A stretch of 64,000 bases of DNA, from NCBI GenBank assembly GCA_965230975.1, contig OZ246402.1, positions 309,304-373,303 on the forward strand. Reading direction: 5' to 3'. The DNA comes from an uncultured Candidatus Saccharibacteria bacterium. Lineage in GTDB: Bacteria > Patescibacteriota > Dojkabacteria > J137. The position numbers were made by a program, and so were the translations under genes. The notes below the pieces were generated by a model that did not search any database, was not told the origin of the DNA, and saw nothing but the letters and a program-made list of their open reading frames with translations. Below, one piece after another: positions 1 through 9,682 of the stretch (position 1 is its first letter; the number at the start of each line of letters is the position of its first letter).

Positions 1-1
1 G

Positions 2-196
2 CATAGTATAAAGCTAAGCAAGCCGGGATTTGAGCAACTTGAATTTGTAATATTGCCTTCTAGCCAAGAAGAACGAGATAAACTTAAAAATTACAATATT
101 ATGATAGAAGCACATTTAATGTACCAACCTGTCAATGTAGAAGATATTATTCAAAACCCAACAGAGCAGTCAACTCAAGAACAAATACAAGAATAA
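2..196 (+). CDS. 3' end of an upstream gene (partial; open frame from the window edge to TAA at 194-196); product unknown
   Basis: The frame starting at position 2 has no stop until 194-196. The C-terminus reads ...EQSTQEQIQE*. No start codon lies inside the window. Confidence 0.35.
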   Translation, partial: HSIKLSKPGFEQLEFVILPSSQEERDKLKNYNIMIEAHLMYQPVNVEDIIQNPTEQSTQEQIQE

Positions 197-213
197 ATAA
201 ACAAAATTAAAAT

Positions 214-3200
214 ATGGTAGCTCAACAATTTAGATTAAAAAATACAGTTAAATACCCAACATCGTTAATTTTTGGGGGTCTTTCAAGATTAGGTCTTGAA
301 ATTACAGATTCGTTGTTAGAGCAGGGTGGTTATGTAGTAATTGTAGATACTTACTCAGATGAAAATATAGCAAAACTACAAGTATTTCCTAAAGATAGTC
401 TAATTAGTTTTATTGATTACACAACCCTACCAAACTTAGACGAAGATTTAAGAAGGCTTGATTATGTTTTCTTTTTTAACCATGAATCAACAGATTTAAA
501 TAGAAAGATTTCTACTCAAGAATTTTTGAAATTTTCTAACTATATAGATACCACACTAAGTTTAAGCACAAAATTCGAAGCAAAGTTTTTACTAACAACT
601 TCAATTCGATCACATCAACTTAATTTACACAATGATGATTACAAACTCTATAACCAAGAACATCACAAAACATATTCAGAAGCAGATTTGCAAAGGCACT
701 CTGAAAGTATGGTCATGGAATATATAGAAAAAAACAACTTGGATGCTCGAATTGCTAGATTAGGTGAGCTTATTGGAGATGGAATAGATTTTTCTATAGA
801 AAGCTCATTTAACAATCTTATTTTAGATGCAGCGAAAGGCCAAAGCCTTAAATTACATAAAGATGGTTTAGAAACAGAATGGTTAGTTCATATACTAGAT
901 GCAGCTTATGGAATTATAAAGTCTCAATTTTCAAAAAATACTAGTGGCAAAATATATTCTGTAGCATACGAAAACAATTTCTCGCATTTATCTATTGCGT
1001 ATAAATTACAGGAGGTAGAAGAAAATGCAGAAGAGATTGAATTTATAGAAGGCAGGGACAATTTGCCATCATTAAAAATATATAAACCAGCTCCAAACTT
1101 GGCAACAATAGGTTGGGCAACAAAAGTTCCATTTGAGAAAGCTTTAAAACAATCTGTAGCTGCGGCAAAAATATATTTACTAGAAAGTAGTTCTAAAACA
1201 GAAAAGAAAGATACAATTTCGGGTAAACTAAAAACTTTTTTTGCAATTGCAGGAAGTTCAGAATCTAGTACAACTAAAGATGAAACTGAATATGACGGAC
1301 CAATTTCAAGATTAATTGCAGAAAGAAAAAAACAAGAAGAGTTAAAACAGCAAAGTATAGATTTCGCAACCAGTTCTATTAAAATAAAAAAAAGAAAAAA
1401 GGCAAGAACGTTTCAAGAAAAGTTTAGCAACTGGGCTTGGGAAAAATCCCTCTCTATTGGAAATAGTTTTGCTTTATTTAAAAACAAATCACCCATAGAA
1501 TTTTTAGGTATATTTGTTGTATTTGGATTATTATTGTTTGTTTTTTTTACACTAATATCTCCACTACTAGTATTTACAAGAAATTACCTATCTATTAGTG
1601 GAGAGTATCAAAATACTGTAAACATAATAAAAAATAGCGAATGGTTAACTTCTTCAAATAATTTTAAAAAAGTAAAAGACACCTTGGATGAAAATATTCA
1701 AATACTATCAGGGTTTGATTCGATTTTTTCAATTACATCACTAGGAGATGAAAGTTCTGAAATCAAAAACGTTTTAAAAAATTATTCTGAAATCTTAGAT
1801 GGTGCTAACGATATCTCATTTGCATTAAATCCGGTTAGAGAATATTTAAATAATTATCAAGGGAATTTACAATTAAGAACAAGCACAGAAAGCTATCTAA
1901 GTGTTACTAATACAGGAGTAGATTATGAAAATTTTTTGCTAGACTTTCACGATGCATATCCATATTTGCAAACTGGCATTCAAAAATATCAAAAAGGAGT
2001 ATCTGACTTAAGAAAAACAAACATCTCTTTGCTACCAACTTTTATGCAACAAAATATTAGCGATATAAATAATGCTTTGTTTGCACTAGAAGATGATGTT
2101 GTTGCATTAGATAGGTTAGAATACCTAGAAGATATGCTTGGAGTTTACTTTCCAAGAACCTATGTTTTACTATTACTAGATAATTCAAGATTAAAAAGTA
2201 TTGGGGGTGAGGTTTCTGCATATGCGCTTTTTACAGTAAAAAACGGTAGCATAATAGAAGTTACAGTAAAATCACCCGAAGAAACTCAATTCAATTTATC
2301 AAGTATAGATGATAGAAAACTTCAAGAAATTAATGCAAATAAATATAATTTTAAAAATAAAGATAACCTAACCTTTAACGACTTAACAAGCTTAACCAGC
2401 TTTAGCACATTTGCAGATTACATAACTCCAATTTTTAAAGATACATTTAATAGAGAGGTTTCGGGGGTCCTAGCTATAGATTACTCTTCGTTGCAAAATT
2501 TACTTTTAAATTTAAGTGATAAAGAAGAGGTAAACGTTAACAATGTAAATTTTGCAAGTGGTGATATTTTAAGAAATTTAATTAGTGCGCAAAACATTAA
2601 TTCTGGTATAGATACTAAGCATAAAATTAGCGCACAATTATTAGCAAACTTAGTTAATCTTATGTTTAGCAATCCAAAGCAAAATATAAATACATTAATT
2701 TCCACTTTAGGCAAAGAGATTGATAATCAAAGTCTTCTAATTTCTACTCCAAACATAAAGTTTAACAAAATAGTAAAATCTCATAATTATGATTTAGAAA
2801 AGATTTCAGATTCAGATAGTTATGTAAAAATTGGGTATAACATAGATGATACTAAAGTCGTAAATATTGAAAAATACCCAGAACTTAATGTAGTAAAAGA
2901 GATAGCAATAAATCCTGAATTCAAACTAGATACTAAAGTAGTTGTCGATTTGCCACTATTGGGTAGCTCTCAGGAGTTAGTAGTTTGTATTCCTGCAAGA
3001 GTATTATCTAGTTCTATTAAAGTTACCGGTATCCCAAGTGCAAGGGTAGTAATCAACGATGCTCAAAATGAAAAATGTATAGTTGCAAGATCAATAACTG
3101 AAAAACAAATTCAATTTACATGGAGTTTAGATACCGTAAGTGTAGAAGGTGTAAAGCAACTTAAATTAAGTGTCGGGAAAATTAAAGGTACAAAATCATC

Positions 3201-3339
3201 TCTGGACTATAAAATTTCATTAGATAGCACATTAGATTTAGTAAAGTCACAGCCTTATGTCGCGCCACAAGGCAATACGCTTATATTCACAACCTTTTTA
3301 AACACAGATCAGATTGTAGATTTAGAGATTTCTAAATAA
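214..3339 (+). CDS. Large membrane protein with an N-terminal NAD(P)-binding Rossmann-like (epimerase/dehydratase-like) domain, a single TM helix and a ~580-aa C-terminal extracytoplasmic domain
   Basis: 1041-aa uninterrupted ORF. The N-terminus 'LIFGGLSRLGLEITDSLLEQGGYVVIVD' looks like a GxxGxxG dinucleotide-binding fold. There is a hydrophobic helix near aa 436-460 ('FLGIFVVFGLLLFVFFTLISPLLVF'). The rest has no recognisable family. Confidence 0.6.
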   Translation: MVAQQFRLKNTVKYPTSLIFGGLSRLGLEITDSLLEQGGYVVIVDTYSDENIAKLQVFPKDSLISFIDYTTLPNLDEDLRRLDYVFFFNHESTDLNRKISTQEFLKFSNYIDTTLSLSTKFEAKFLLTTSIRSHQLNLHNDDYKLYNQEHHKTYSEADLQRHSESMVMEYIEKNNLDARIARLGELIGDGIDFSIESSFNNLILDAAKGQSLKLHKDGLETEWLVHILDAAYGIIKSQFSKNTSGKIYSVAYENNFSHLSIAYKLQEVEENAEEIEFIEGRDNLPSLKIYKPAPNLATIGWATKVPFEKALKQSVAAAKIYLLESSSKTEKKDTISGKLKTFFAIAGSSESSTTKDETEYDGPISRLIAERKKQEELKQQSIDFATSSIKIKKRKKARTFQEKFSNWAWEKSLSIGNSFALFKNKSPIEFLGIFVVFGLLLFVFFTLISPLLVFTRNYLSISGEYQNTVNIIKNSEWLTSSNNFKKVKDTLDENIQILSGFDSIFSITSLGDESSEIKNVLKNYSEILDGANDISFALNPVREYLNNYQGNLQLRTSTESYLSVTNTGVDYENFLLDFHDAYPYLQTGIQKYQKGVSDLRKTNISLLPTFMQQNISDINNALFALEDDVVALDRLEYLEDMLGVYFPRTYVLLLLDNSRLKSIGGEVSAYALFTVKNGSIIEVTVKSPEETQFNLSSIDDRKLQEINANKYNFKNKDNLTFNDLTSLTSFSTFADYITPIFKDTFNREVSGVLAIDYSSLQNLLLNLSDKEEVNVNNVNFASGDILRNLISAQNINSGIDTKHKISAQLLANLVNLMFSNPKQNINTLISTLGKEIDNQSLLISTPNIKFNKIVKSHNYDLEKISDSDSYVKIGYNIDDTKVVNIEKYPELNVVKEIAINPEFKLDTKVVVDLPLLGSSQELVVCIPARVLSSSIKVTGIPSARVVINDAQNEKCIVARSITEKQIQFTWSLDTVSVEGVKQLKLSVGKIKGTKSSLDYKISLDSTLDLVKSQPYVAPQGNTLIFTTFLNTDQIVDLEISK

Positions 3340-3483
3340 ATCTATTTTAGATGAAGTAATTAGGCATAATTTGCTATAATTATTGGCTGCCAAATAATTT
3401 CCTGGCAAACATTTTGATCTTTAATTTATTGATTAAAGATTGTTACATGTGTCATAATTCAAAGTTAATTTAAGTAAATAAAT

Positions 3484-4011
3484 ATGGCTAAGACAAAGAA
3501 ACCAACAATAGCACCAGAAAATGCTATTAAAATGACTCAAGAAGCTTACGATGAACTTGTAAAAGAACTTGATCATAGACAAAATACATTAAGAAAACAA
3601 ATTGCAGATGAAATAGCTGCAGCAAGAGAACTAGGCGATTTATCTGAAAATCACCCTTATACAGCTGCAATGGAAAAGAAAGAGTTAAACGAAAACAGAA
3701 TTACAGATATCGAAGACGTAATTATCAAAGCAGTAATTGCAGAAGAAAATGTCTCAGATCATTTTGTGAGTGTTGGTGAACAAGTAGAAATTGAAAACTT
3801 AGAAACTAATCAAAAAAAGACAGTTTTAATTGTTGGTTCAGAAGAAACCAGATCTGCAAATCCATTAGATGGAAAAATTTCCAGTGATTCACCAATCGGT
3901 AAAGCAATTATTAATGCAAAACTTGGAGATACTGTAGAAGTAGTATTGCCTACAAAAAAGATTAATTACAAAATTTTAAGATTTGTAAGAGAAGCTAAAA
4001 AGGCTGCATAA
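3484..4011 (+). CDS. greA: Transcription elongation factor GreA
   Basis: An N-terminal coiled-coil region is followed by the 'LGDLSENHPY' acidic finger-tip motif typical of GreA/GreB. The size (175 aa) fits. Confidence 0.85.
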   Translation: MAKTKKPTIAPENAIKMTQEAYDELVKELDHRQNTLRKQIADEIAAARELGDLSENHPYTAAMEKKELNENRITDIEDVIIKAVIAEENVSDHFVSVGEQVEIENLETNQKKTVLIVGSEETRSANPLDGKISSDSPIGKAIINAKLGDTVEVVLPTKKINYKILRFVREAKKAA

Positions 4012-4030
4012 ATATTACTAAGCCAGTCAA

Positions 4031-4058
4031 AACTCCCGGGTAACCGGGAGTTTTTTTA
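4031..4058 (+). terminator. Rho-independent terminator after greA (possibly bidirectional, also serving uppP)
   Basis: Hairpin ctcccgg-gtaa-ccgggag is followed by a run of 7 T. Confidence 0.6.
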
Positions 4059-4127
4059 TAACATTTGGTAAATAAAATATCTGCAAAATACTTTATCTTT
4101 CTTTATCAAATTAGTGTTAAGTAGTTG

Positions 4128-4967
4128 TTACAAAAGAGTTAAGATAACTATTGCCCCAAATATAACTCTATAAATGCCAAAATCTCTCAAACCTCTTCTT
4201 TTTAAAAACGAGATCATGAACTTGATTGCAAAATAACCAAAAACAAAAGAGGTAATTAACCCACTCAAATAAATTGGCATATTACTAGAAAGAGTGTTGC
4301 CGTCTGTCTGTATAAGATCAATTGTTCCAAAAAGAGCGGCCATAAGTGTTATTGGTATACTCATTAAGAAACCAAATTCAGCTGCAGAAACCCTATTAAG
4401 CCCAACCGCTTGACCAGCTAGAAGTGTAATACCAGATCTCGATGTGCCTCTAAAAATAGCTATGGCTTGAGCAATACCAATAATTAAAGATTTCTTAGAA
4501 GTAAGCTTTTCTAAATCAAATTTTTTATTTGTGAATAATCTATTTGCAAAAATAAATATTACTCCAACAAAAATCATTGCAACAGCAGTTAATAAAGTTG
4601 CAAGCTTTGCATTTTCTGGTGCGTCATAAAGTTGCTCTATATATTTACTTAAGGCAAATCCTAAAATCCCCGCAGGGATTGTAGCAATTAAAATATTTAG
4701 CATGGTTTTTAGTGAATCGTTATCTTCTAATGTATTAGATCTTTTTAATAATCTAAAAAAACTTATAAAATATTTAATTAAAGTTTTTCTGTAATAAATA
4801 AATAAAGCCAGTAATGTACCAAAATGTAAAAAAGTAATAAACCCTGTGCTTGGCTCGCTCCAGTTAAAAAATTTTGGAACTAGTTCTAAGTGCCCAGAGC
4901 TTGATACGGGTATAAATTCTGTTAAGCCTTGAACAATTCCCAAAACAATTGATTCTAATAAACTCAT
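4128..4967 (-). CDS. uppP: Undecaprenyl-diphosphatase (UppP/BacA)
   Basis: N-terminal signature 'GIVQGLTEFIPVSSSGHL'. It is a polytopic membrane protein of 279 aa. Confidence 0.9.
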   Translation of the reverse strand: MSLLESIVLGIVQGLTEFIPVSSSGHLELVPKFFNWSEPSTGFITFLHFGTLLALFIYYRKTLIKYFISFFRLLKRSNTLEDNDSLKTMLNILIATIPAGILGFALSKYIEQLYDAPENAKLATLLTAVAMIFVGVIFIFANRLFTNKKFDLEKLTSKKSLIIGIAQAIAIFRGTSRSGITLLAGQAVGLNRVSAAEFGFLMSIPITLMAALFGTIDLIQTDGNTLSSNMPIYLSGLITSFVFGYFAIKFMISFLKRRGLRDFGIYRVIFGAIVILTLL

Positions 4968-5096
4968 TTAAATATTGTTAATAATTAAGAGCAATAAATT
5001 AAAGTATATCAGAGAAGTTTAAAATCAGCCTATAAAAAAGTTGATAATAAAGATACATTAATAGTAGTATATAGTAATAGTTTTTAAAACCAATTT

Positions 5097-5717
5097 ATGG
5101 GTAGTACACCAACCCCAGTTGAGCCAGTAGCACAAGCTCCAGTTCAACCTACTGCAACTCAAGTTGCAAAAAAATCAAATAAGAAATTACTTATTATTAT
5201 TGCAATAGTAGTTTTGTGTTTGTGCGTTAGCTCCTTAATAGCAATAGTTGCATTTGTATTACCTAGCTTGGCTTTAATCCCATTCTTTTCTATGGGTGGA
5301 CAAACAATTACTAATAACCCTTTAGAAAATACAACCGAAAATACATCAAATAACGATTCAGCTACATCGAACCCAGCAGATGATTCAAATTCTTGGTTTG
5401 ATGGATATACTCAAACAGAGATACCATCAGATTTCCCATCAGATGTAAAAATATATCCTAATGCAGTTGCATACATGACTTATGCATCAGAAGAAGGTAC
5501 AAGTGTTGGCTTTGCAGTACAAGCAAGCAATAATCAACTTTATAACTTTTATAGAACAGAGTTAGAAGATGCAGGTTGGGATATTTTATCTTCATCAAAT
5601 GCAGAAGGTTATGCATCTTTCATTGCATCTAAAGGTGACAGAGGTTTGGTAATTACAATTGGCAATTCAGATGATGAATCTAGCGATACAAATTACTTAG
5701 GAATTGTTTATTATTAA
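5097..5717 (+). CDS. Hypothetical membrane-anchored protein (short Pro/Val-rich cytoplasmic tail, one TM, extracytoplasmic domain)
   Basis: 206-aa ORF. A TM segment 'LLIIIAIVVLCLCVSSLIAIVAFVL' follows the 'KKSNKK' motif. No family match recognised. Confidence 0.5.
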   Translation: MGSTPTPVEPVAQAPVQPTATQVAKKSNKKLLIIIAIVVLCLCVSSLIAIVAFVLPSLALIPFFSMGGQTITNNPLENTTENTSNNDSATSNPADDSNSWFDGYTQTEIPSDFPSDVKIYPNAVAYMTYASEEGTSVGFAVQASNNQLYNFYRTELEDAGWDILSSSNAEGYASFIASKGDRGLVITIGNSDDESSDTNYLGIVYY

Positions 5718-5743
5718 TAACTCAATTTTTAAATTAAGAATTT

Positions 5744-5770
5744 AAGGCCCCGACAAAGTCGGGGCCTTTA
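5744..5770. terminator. Bidirectional intrinsic terminator between convergent genes
   Basis: Perfect 9-bp stem ggccccgac-aaa-gtcggggcc, flanked by A/T runs on both sides. It sits between the + gene ending at 5717 and the - gene ending at 5834. Confidence 0.55.
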
Positions 5771-5833
5771 CATTGCTATTTCATTATCTTTATTAGAAGT
5801 CTAAAGCTATTTTAAGTTATCTACAATTAAACT

Positions 5834-6274
5834 TCATATTTTGTTAATTTGATCGATTCTTCTTAAATGTCTTTCTTCGTTAGAAAAATTAGTGGTCAAA
5901 AATGTACTAACCATTTCTTGGTTTAGATCTTCTGAAATAAACTCTGAATCTAAACAAATCACATTTGCATTTTCGTGTTCTCTGGCTCTTTTTGCATGTT
6001 CAACAGTCGTTGCTAATGCAGCAAATATTCCACTGTATCTATTGGCTACAATTGACATACCAACTCCGGTTTTACAAATTAATATTCCTATACTGCCCTG
6101 ATTATTTAAAATTTCTTTAGCAAGTTTTGTTGCAAAAATTGGGTAATCATCGGTTGGGTCTAGTTGATACGGTCCTAAATCTTCAATTTGGTGTTCAAAA
6201 TTAGATTTAATAAATTCAATCAGCTTATTTTTTAATTCGAACCCGCCATGGTCGGAGGCTATAAATAGTTTCAT
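5834..6274 (-). CDS. rpiB: Ribose-5-phosphate isomerase B (RpiB/LacAB family)
   Basis: 'MKLFIASDHGGFELK...ILICKTGVGMSIVANR' matches the RpiB fold. 146 aa. Confidence 0.85.
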   Translation of the reverse strand: MKLFIASDHGGFELKNKLIEFIKSNFEHQIEDLGPYQLDPTDDYPIFATKLAKEILNNQGSIGILICKTGVGMSIVANRYSGIFAALATTVEHAKRAREHENANVICLDSEFISEDLNQEMVSTFLTTNFSNEERHLRRIDQINKI

Positions 6275-6412
6275 AGTTTTTTGGTAATAAATTTATATTA
6301 AAGTTTATAGTGGAATGGTTAATGCGTCAATTAGTAATAGAATAATTCAATTTCTTACAATTTGAAAAAAAGTATTTGCCTAATTTAAGTATACATAGTG
6401 TTAAAATTAGAT

Positions 6413-8167
6413 ATGACCGATTTAGAGCTTGTAAAATCAAAACTAGATATTGTAGATGTTATATCTACTTATGTTCCAAATGTTCAGCATGCAGGTTCAA
6501 ATTTTAGGGCAAACTGTCCTTTCCACAATGAAAAGACTCCATCTTTCATGATTAATCCATCATTGCAAATTTTCAAATGCTTTGGGTGTGGAAAAGCAGG
6601 AGATGCGATTAAGTTTATTCAAGAAATTGAAAGGGTAGATTTTCCAGATGCATTAAAAATAGCAGCCGAGAAAGCAGGCGTTCAGCTAACTGGCAACTTT
6701 CAAATTAAAGATACAAAGGCGGAAGAAGAAAAAAAACGAATTCTTAAAGCAAACGAATTAACCGCTAAGTTCTATAACTACATACTTAAAACCCATAAAT
6801 TTGGTTTGCCTGGCAGAGAATATGCTCAAAAAAGAAAATTAGATGGGCAAAGAATAGACGACTTTTTAATTGGTTTTGCACCAAAATCTTATTCAATCTT
6901 AAAAAACTTTTTAAATTCAAAAGGTTTTACAGACCAAGAGTTAATTAAATTTGGACTTTTAGTAGATAGAAAAGGTAAACCAATAGATAAGTATAGAAAC
7001 AGGCTTATGCAACCAATTTTTAATGTTCAAGGCGACATTATTGGGTTTAGTGGTCGTTATATTGGTGAAAGCAAATTTGACCCAAAATATTTAAACTCTC
7101 CCGAAACTTTGGTTTACAAAAAAAAAGAAATCCTTTACGGGCTTTTTCAAGCTAAAGAAACCATGCGAAAAGAAAATTTTGTTGTAATGGTAGAAGGCAA
7201 TATTGATATTTTATCTTCTCATAGAATTGGAGTTAAAAATATAGTCGCACCACTTGGTACAGCTTTTACCCCCAGTCAATCTAAATTAATAAAAAGATTT
7301 TGCGAAAATATATATTTTTGCTTTGATACAGACTCGGCCGGCACCCAGGCACTTATTCGCGGTATAGAACTTGCCGAGGGTGCCGGCCTTAAACACAAAG
7401 TGGTTAACATAACGGGCTTTCAAGATGCGGATGAGCTTATTTGCAAATCTTCTAATCCGGAAATTTGGCTAGAATTAGTGAAAAATGCTTCTGATTCAGT
7501 TGAGTATTTAATTAAAAAGTTTTCTGACAATTTAGATTTGGGTACTGCACAGGGCAAAGCCACTTTTAGGGATCAAATAATTCCGGTTATAAACACTATA
7601 AAAGATGAAGTTACATTAACTCATTACTCAAAAAAGGTTGCTATGATGTTAGATGTAACTCCTGAAACCATTCTTAAAAAATTTAATAGTCAAGAAAATC
7701 AAGTCCATACAGTTGAACAATTACCCACATCAAAACATTCTTCTAAAAAAGATCAGTTCGAATTATATTTCTTGGCATATATAATTAATTTGCTAGATCA
7801 TTCCATGCTTAAAGATATTCCAGAAGATATTTTTTCTAACCAACCATACAAAGAAATTTTCAAAATAATAAAGTCATCTAAACAAGATTACGACTTGGGT
7901 GAGATAGCTGAATCTCTGCAAGAATCTTTAAAGTCACATTTTGAGGAAGTGGTTTTATTAGATTTACCTCAAGGTGAAAAGGCAAAAGAGGAGTTTCAAA
8001 AAATATATTTCTCTATTATGAGAAGTTATTATTTAATGCAACTTAAAAAGCTCAAAATGGATATGGCAAAAGATGAAGATAGCGAAAATCTTTTAGCAGA
8101 TTTAGATAAAACAACAAAGGCAATTCAAAAATTGGAGAAAACTAAGGGTAGAGACTTATTAAATTAG
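6413..8167 (+). CDS. dnaG: DNA primase DnaG
   Basis: CHC2 zinc finger 'CPFHNEKTPSFMINPSLQIFKCFGCGKAGD'. The TOPRIM region contains 'VMVEGNIDILS'. The ORF is open from a GTG at 6398; the ATG at 6413 (MTDLELV...) is the more likely start. Confidence 0.9.
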   Translation: MTDLELVKSKLDIVDVISTYVPNVQHAGSNFRANCPFHNEKTPSFMINPSLQIFKCFGCGKAGDAIKFIQEIERVDFPDALKIAAEKAGVQLTGNFQIKDTKAEEEKKRILKANELTAKFYNYILKTHKFGLPGREYAQKRKLDGQRIDDFLIGFAPKSYSILKNFLNSKGFTDQELIKFGLLVDRKGKPIDKYRNRLMQPIFNVQGDIIGFSGRYIGESKFDPKYLNSPETLVYKKKEILYGLFQAKETMRKENFVVMVEGNIDILSSHRIGVKNIVAPLGTAFTPSQSKLIKRFCENIYFCFDTDSAGTQALIRGIELAEGAGLKHKVVNITGFQDADELICKSSNPEIWLELVKNASDSVEYLIKKFSDNLDLGTAQGKATFRDQIIPVINTIKDEVTLTHYSKKVAMMLDVTPETILKKFNSQENQVHTVEQLPTSKHSSKKDQFELYFLAYIINLLDHSMLKDIPEDIFSNQPYKEIFKIIKSSKQDYDLGEIAESLQESLKSHFEEVVLLDLPQGEKAKEEFQKIYFSIMRSYYLMQLKKLKMDMAKDEDSENLLADLDKTTKAIQKLEKTKGRDLLN

Positions 8168-8171
8168 CCGT

Positions 8172-8202
8172 TAAAAAACAACTATAAAATAGTTGTTTTT
8201 TA
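8172..8202. terminator. Bidirectional terminator between dnaG (+) and rpmH (-)
   Basis: Hairpin caactat-aaa-atagttg is flanked by A6 upstream and T6 downstream. Confidence 0.5.
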
Positions 8203-8223
8203 GTAAAGTTATTTGAAAATGAA

Positions 8224-8424
8224 TTATCTTCTTCTAGAAAATCTTTTGTTTTTATCCATTTTGCTAGAGAATTCATCATGAGCTGTTAAAGCGTATCTAC
8301 CTTTAGCAATTCTCTTTTTTAAAACAAGAGCACCCTTTGTAGTTGCTTTTCTTGCTAAGAAGCCGAATTTTCTAATTCTTTTGATTTTACTTCCCTTGTA
8401 TGTTGGACCTTGTGTCTTAGCCAT
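8224..8424 (-). CDS. rpmH: 50S ribosomal protein L34 with a ~20-aa basic C-terminal extension
   Basis: The core 'KRIRKFGFLARKATTKGALVLKKRIAKGRYALT' matches L34 (KR..HGF..RM.T..GR.VL..RR.KGR..L). A basic tail follows. Confidence 0.75.
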   Translation of the reverse strand: MAKTQGPTYKGSKIKRIRKFGFLARKATTKGALVLKKRIAKGRYALTAHDEFSSKMDKNKRFSRRR

Positions 8425-8492
8425 TTAATTTATCTATAAATATATGTAGAATGAAACAGTGCAATTATACTTAACCAAATTGATAAACTCAA

Positions 8493-9653
8493 GTGAAAAA
8501 CGCTCAGAAAAAAGGAGTTGTTAAAAACAGGACAAAGTTTTTACTATCATTATGTTCAATTTTGCTCTTATTACTCTTTTTATCTCAGTTTTATATAAAC
8601 AATTATTCACAAAACAAGCAGGAAACAAAAACAAATACTTTGAAATATAACGATCCATTAACGTTATCTGAACTTCCAATGTTTAATGAATCAAAAAATA
8701 ATTTAGATTTGCCAGAAAGTGATTACCAGCTTGTAGATACACAAAATTTATGGTTAAGCTTATTAACAGAAAGCTATCTAGATGTTGGGTTTTTAAACCA
8801 AAGCTTAGTTTTTAAAAGTATTACTCAGCTACCCACTAATACATCTAGCTTAAAAATATACAGTCCAGATAAGTTGATGTTTGTTTTGGAAAGTAGAAGT
8901 GGTTCTAGCCCAACGTTGATATATAAGAACAAAGGTGAGCTATTTGAAATTCTTGCATTAAATCCAAACGAATTCTTTACAGAATATTATTATTCGCCAC
9001 TCGAGCAACTTTTTTATATCTCTAAAGGTAATTCTTCAAATGTTTTTACTTTTTTTTATTTAAAACAAGATGGAAGTACAGAAACCTTGCTTGAATCAAC
9101 CTTGCCAATTAAGGTTTTAAAACCTATGTCTACATATTCAATAGTTTTGTTAAACAACGAATGCAAAACTTTAAACTATTACAGCAAGGAATTTCAGGAT
9201 TTTGATTGCAATAACCTATATTTGAACCCTTCTAATTTAAATCTAATTTCAAAATCAAGCCAACTTTTGCTAAGTAAAGATAATCGGGCTATTACAATTT
9301 TTAATAGTAATAAAGGTGATTTTATAACAGGTGCTACATTTTTTAATAATGAGGTTTATTTTGTTTTAAATAATTCAACATTCTCGTTAAATAATACTGC
9401 TTACAAAATAATGAAATCAAACCTAAGTGGCAACTTAGAGCTGGTTACTACAAGTATTCCGGAGGGTGATATAGTAAAAGTACTTAATTTTAATGGGGTT
9501 ATGGCAATAAATAAACTATTAGGTTCTTATCAAATTATAAAGCTTCAGACAGAAAACGTGGCATCTTACTTGCAAAATACCTGGACTAATGTAAATTTAA
9601 CTAATAATTTAATAAAAAACATTGAAATATTAGGCCCGGATTATCAAATCTAG
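8493..9653 (+). CDS. Hypothetical secreted/membrane-anchored protein
   Basis: 386 aa. It has an N-terminal signal-anchor 'FLLSLCSILLLLLFLSQFYI' and an Asn/Ser-rich body. No family recognised. Confidence 0.5.
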   Translation: MKNAQKKGVVKNRTKFLLSLCSILLLLLFLSQFYINNYSQNKQETKTNTLKYNDPLTLSELPMFNESKNNLDLPESDYQLVDTQNLWLSLLTESYLDVGFLNQSLVFKSITQLPTNTSSLKIYSPDKLMFVLESRSGSSPTLIYKNKGELFEILALNPNEFFTEYYYSPLEQLFYISKGNSSNVFTFFYLKQDGSTETLLESTLPIKVLKPMSTYSIVLLNNECKTLNYYSKEFQDFDCNNLYLNPSNLNLISKSSQLLLSKDNRAITIFNSNKGDFITGATFFNNEVYFVLNNSTFSLNNTAYKIMKSNLSGNLELVTTSIPEGDIVKVLNFNGVMAINKLLGSYQIIKLQTENVASYLQNTWTNVNLTNNLIKNIEILGPDYQI

Positions 9654-9682
9654 CAATTAGACCTTTTAATTTGAGAGATTTT

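Noticed and set aside
3340-3483. Inverted repeats and a TGcTATAAT-like element upstream of greA
   Set aside because: Short AT-rich matches of this kind occur by chance throughout this low-GC sequence, so it was not reported as a feature.
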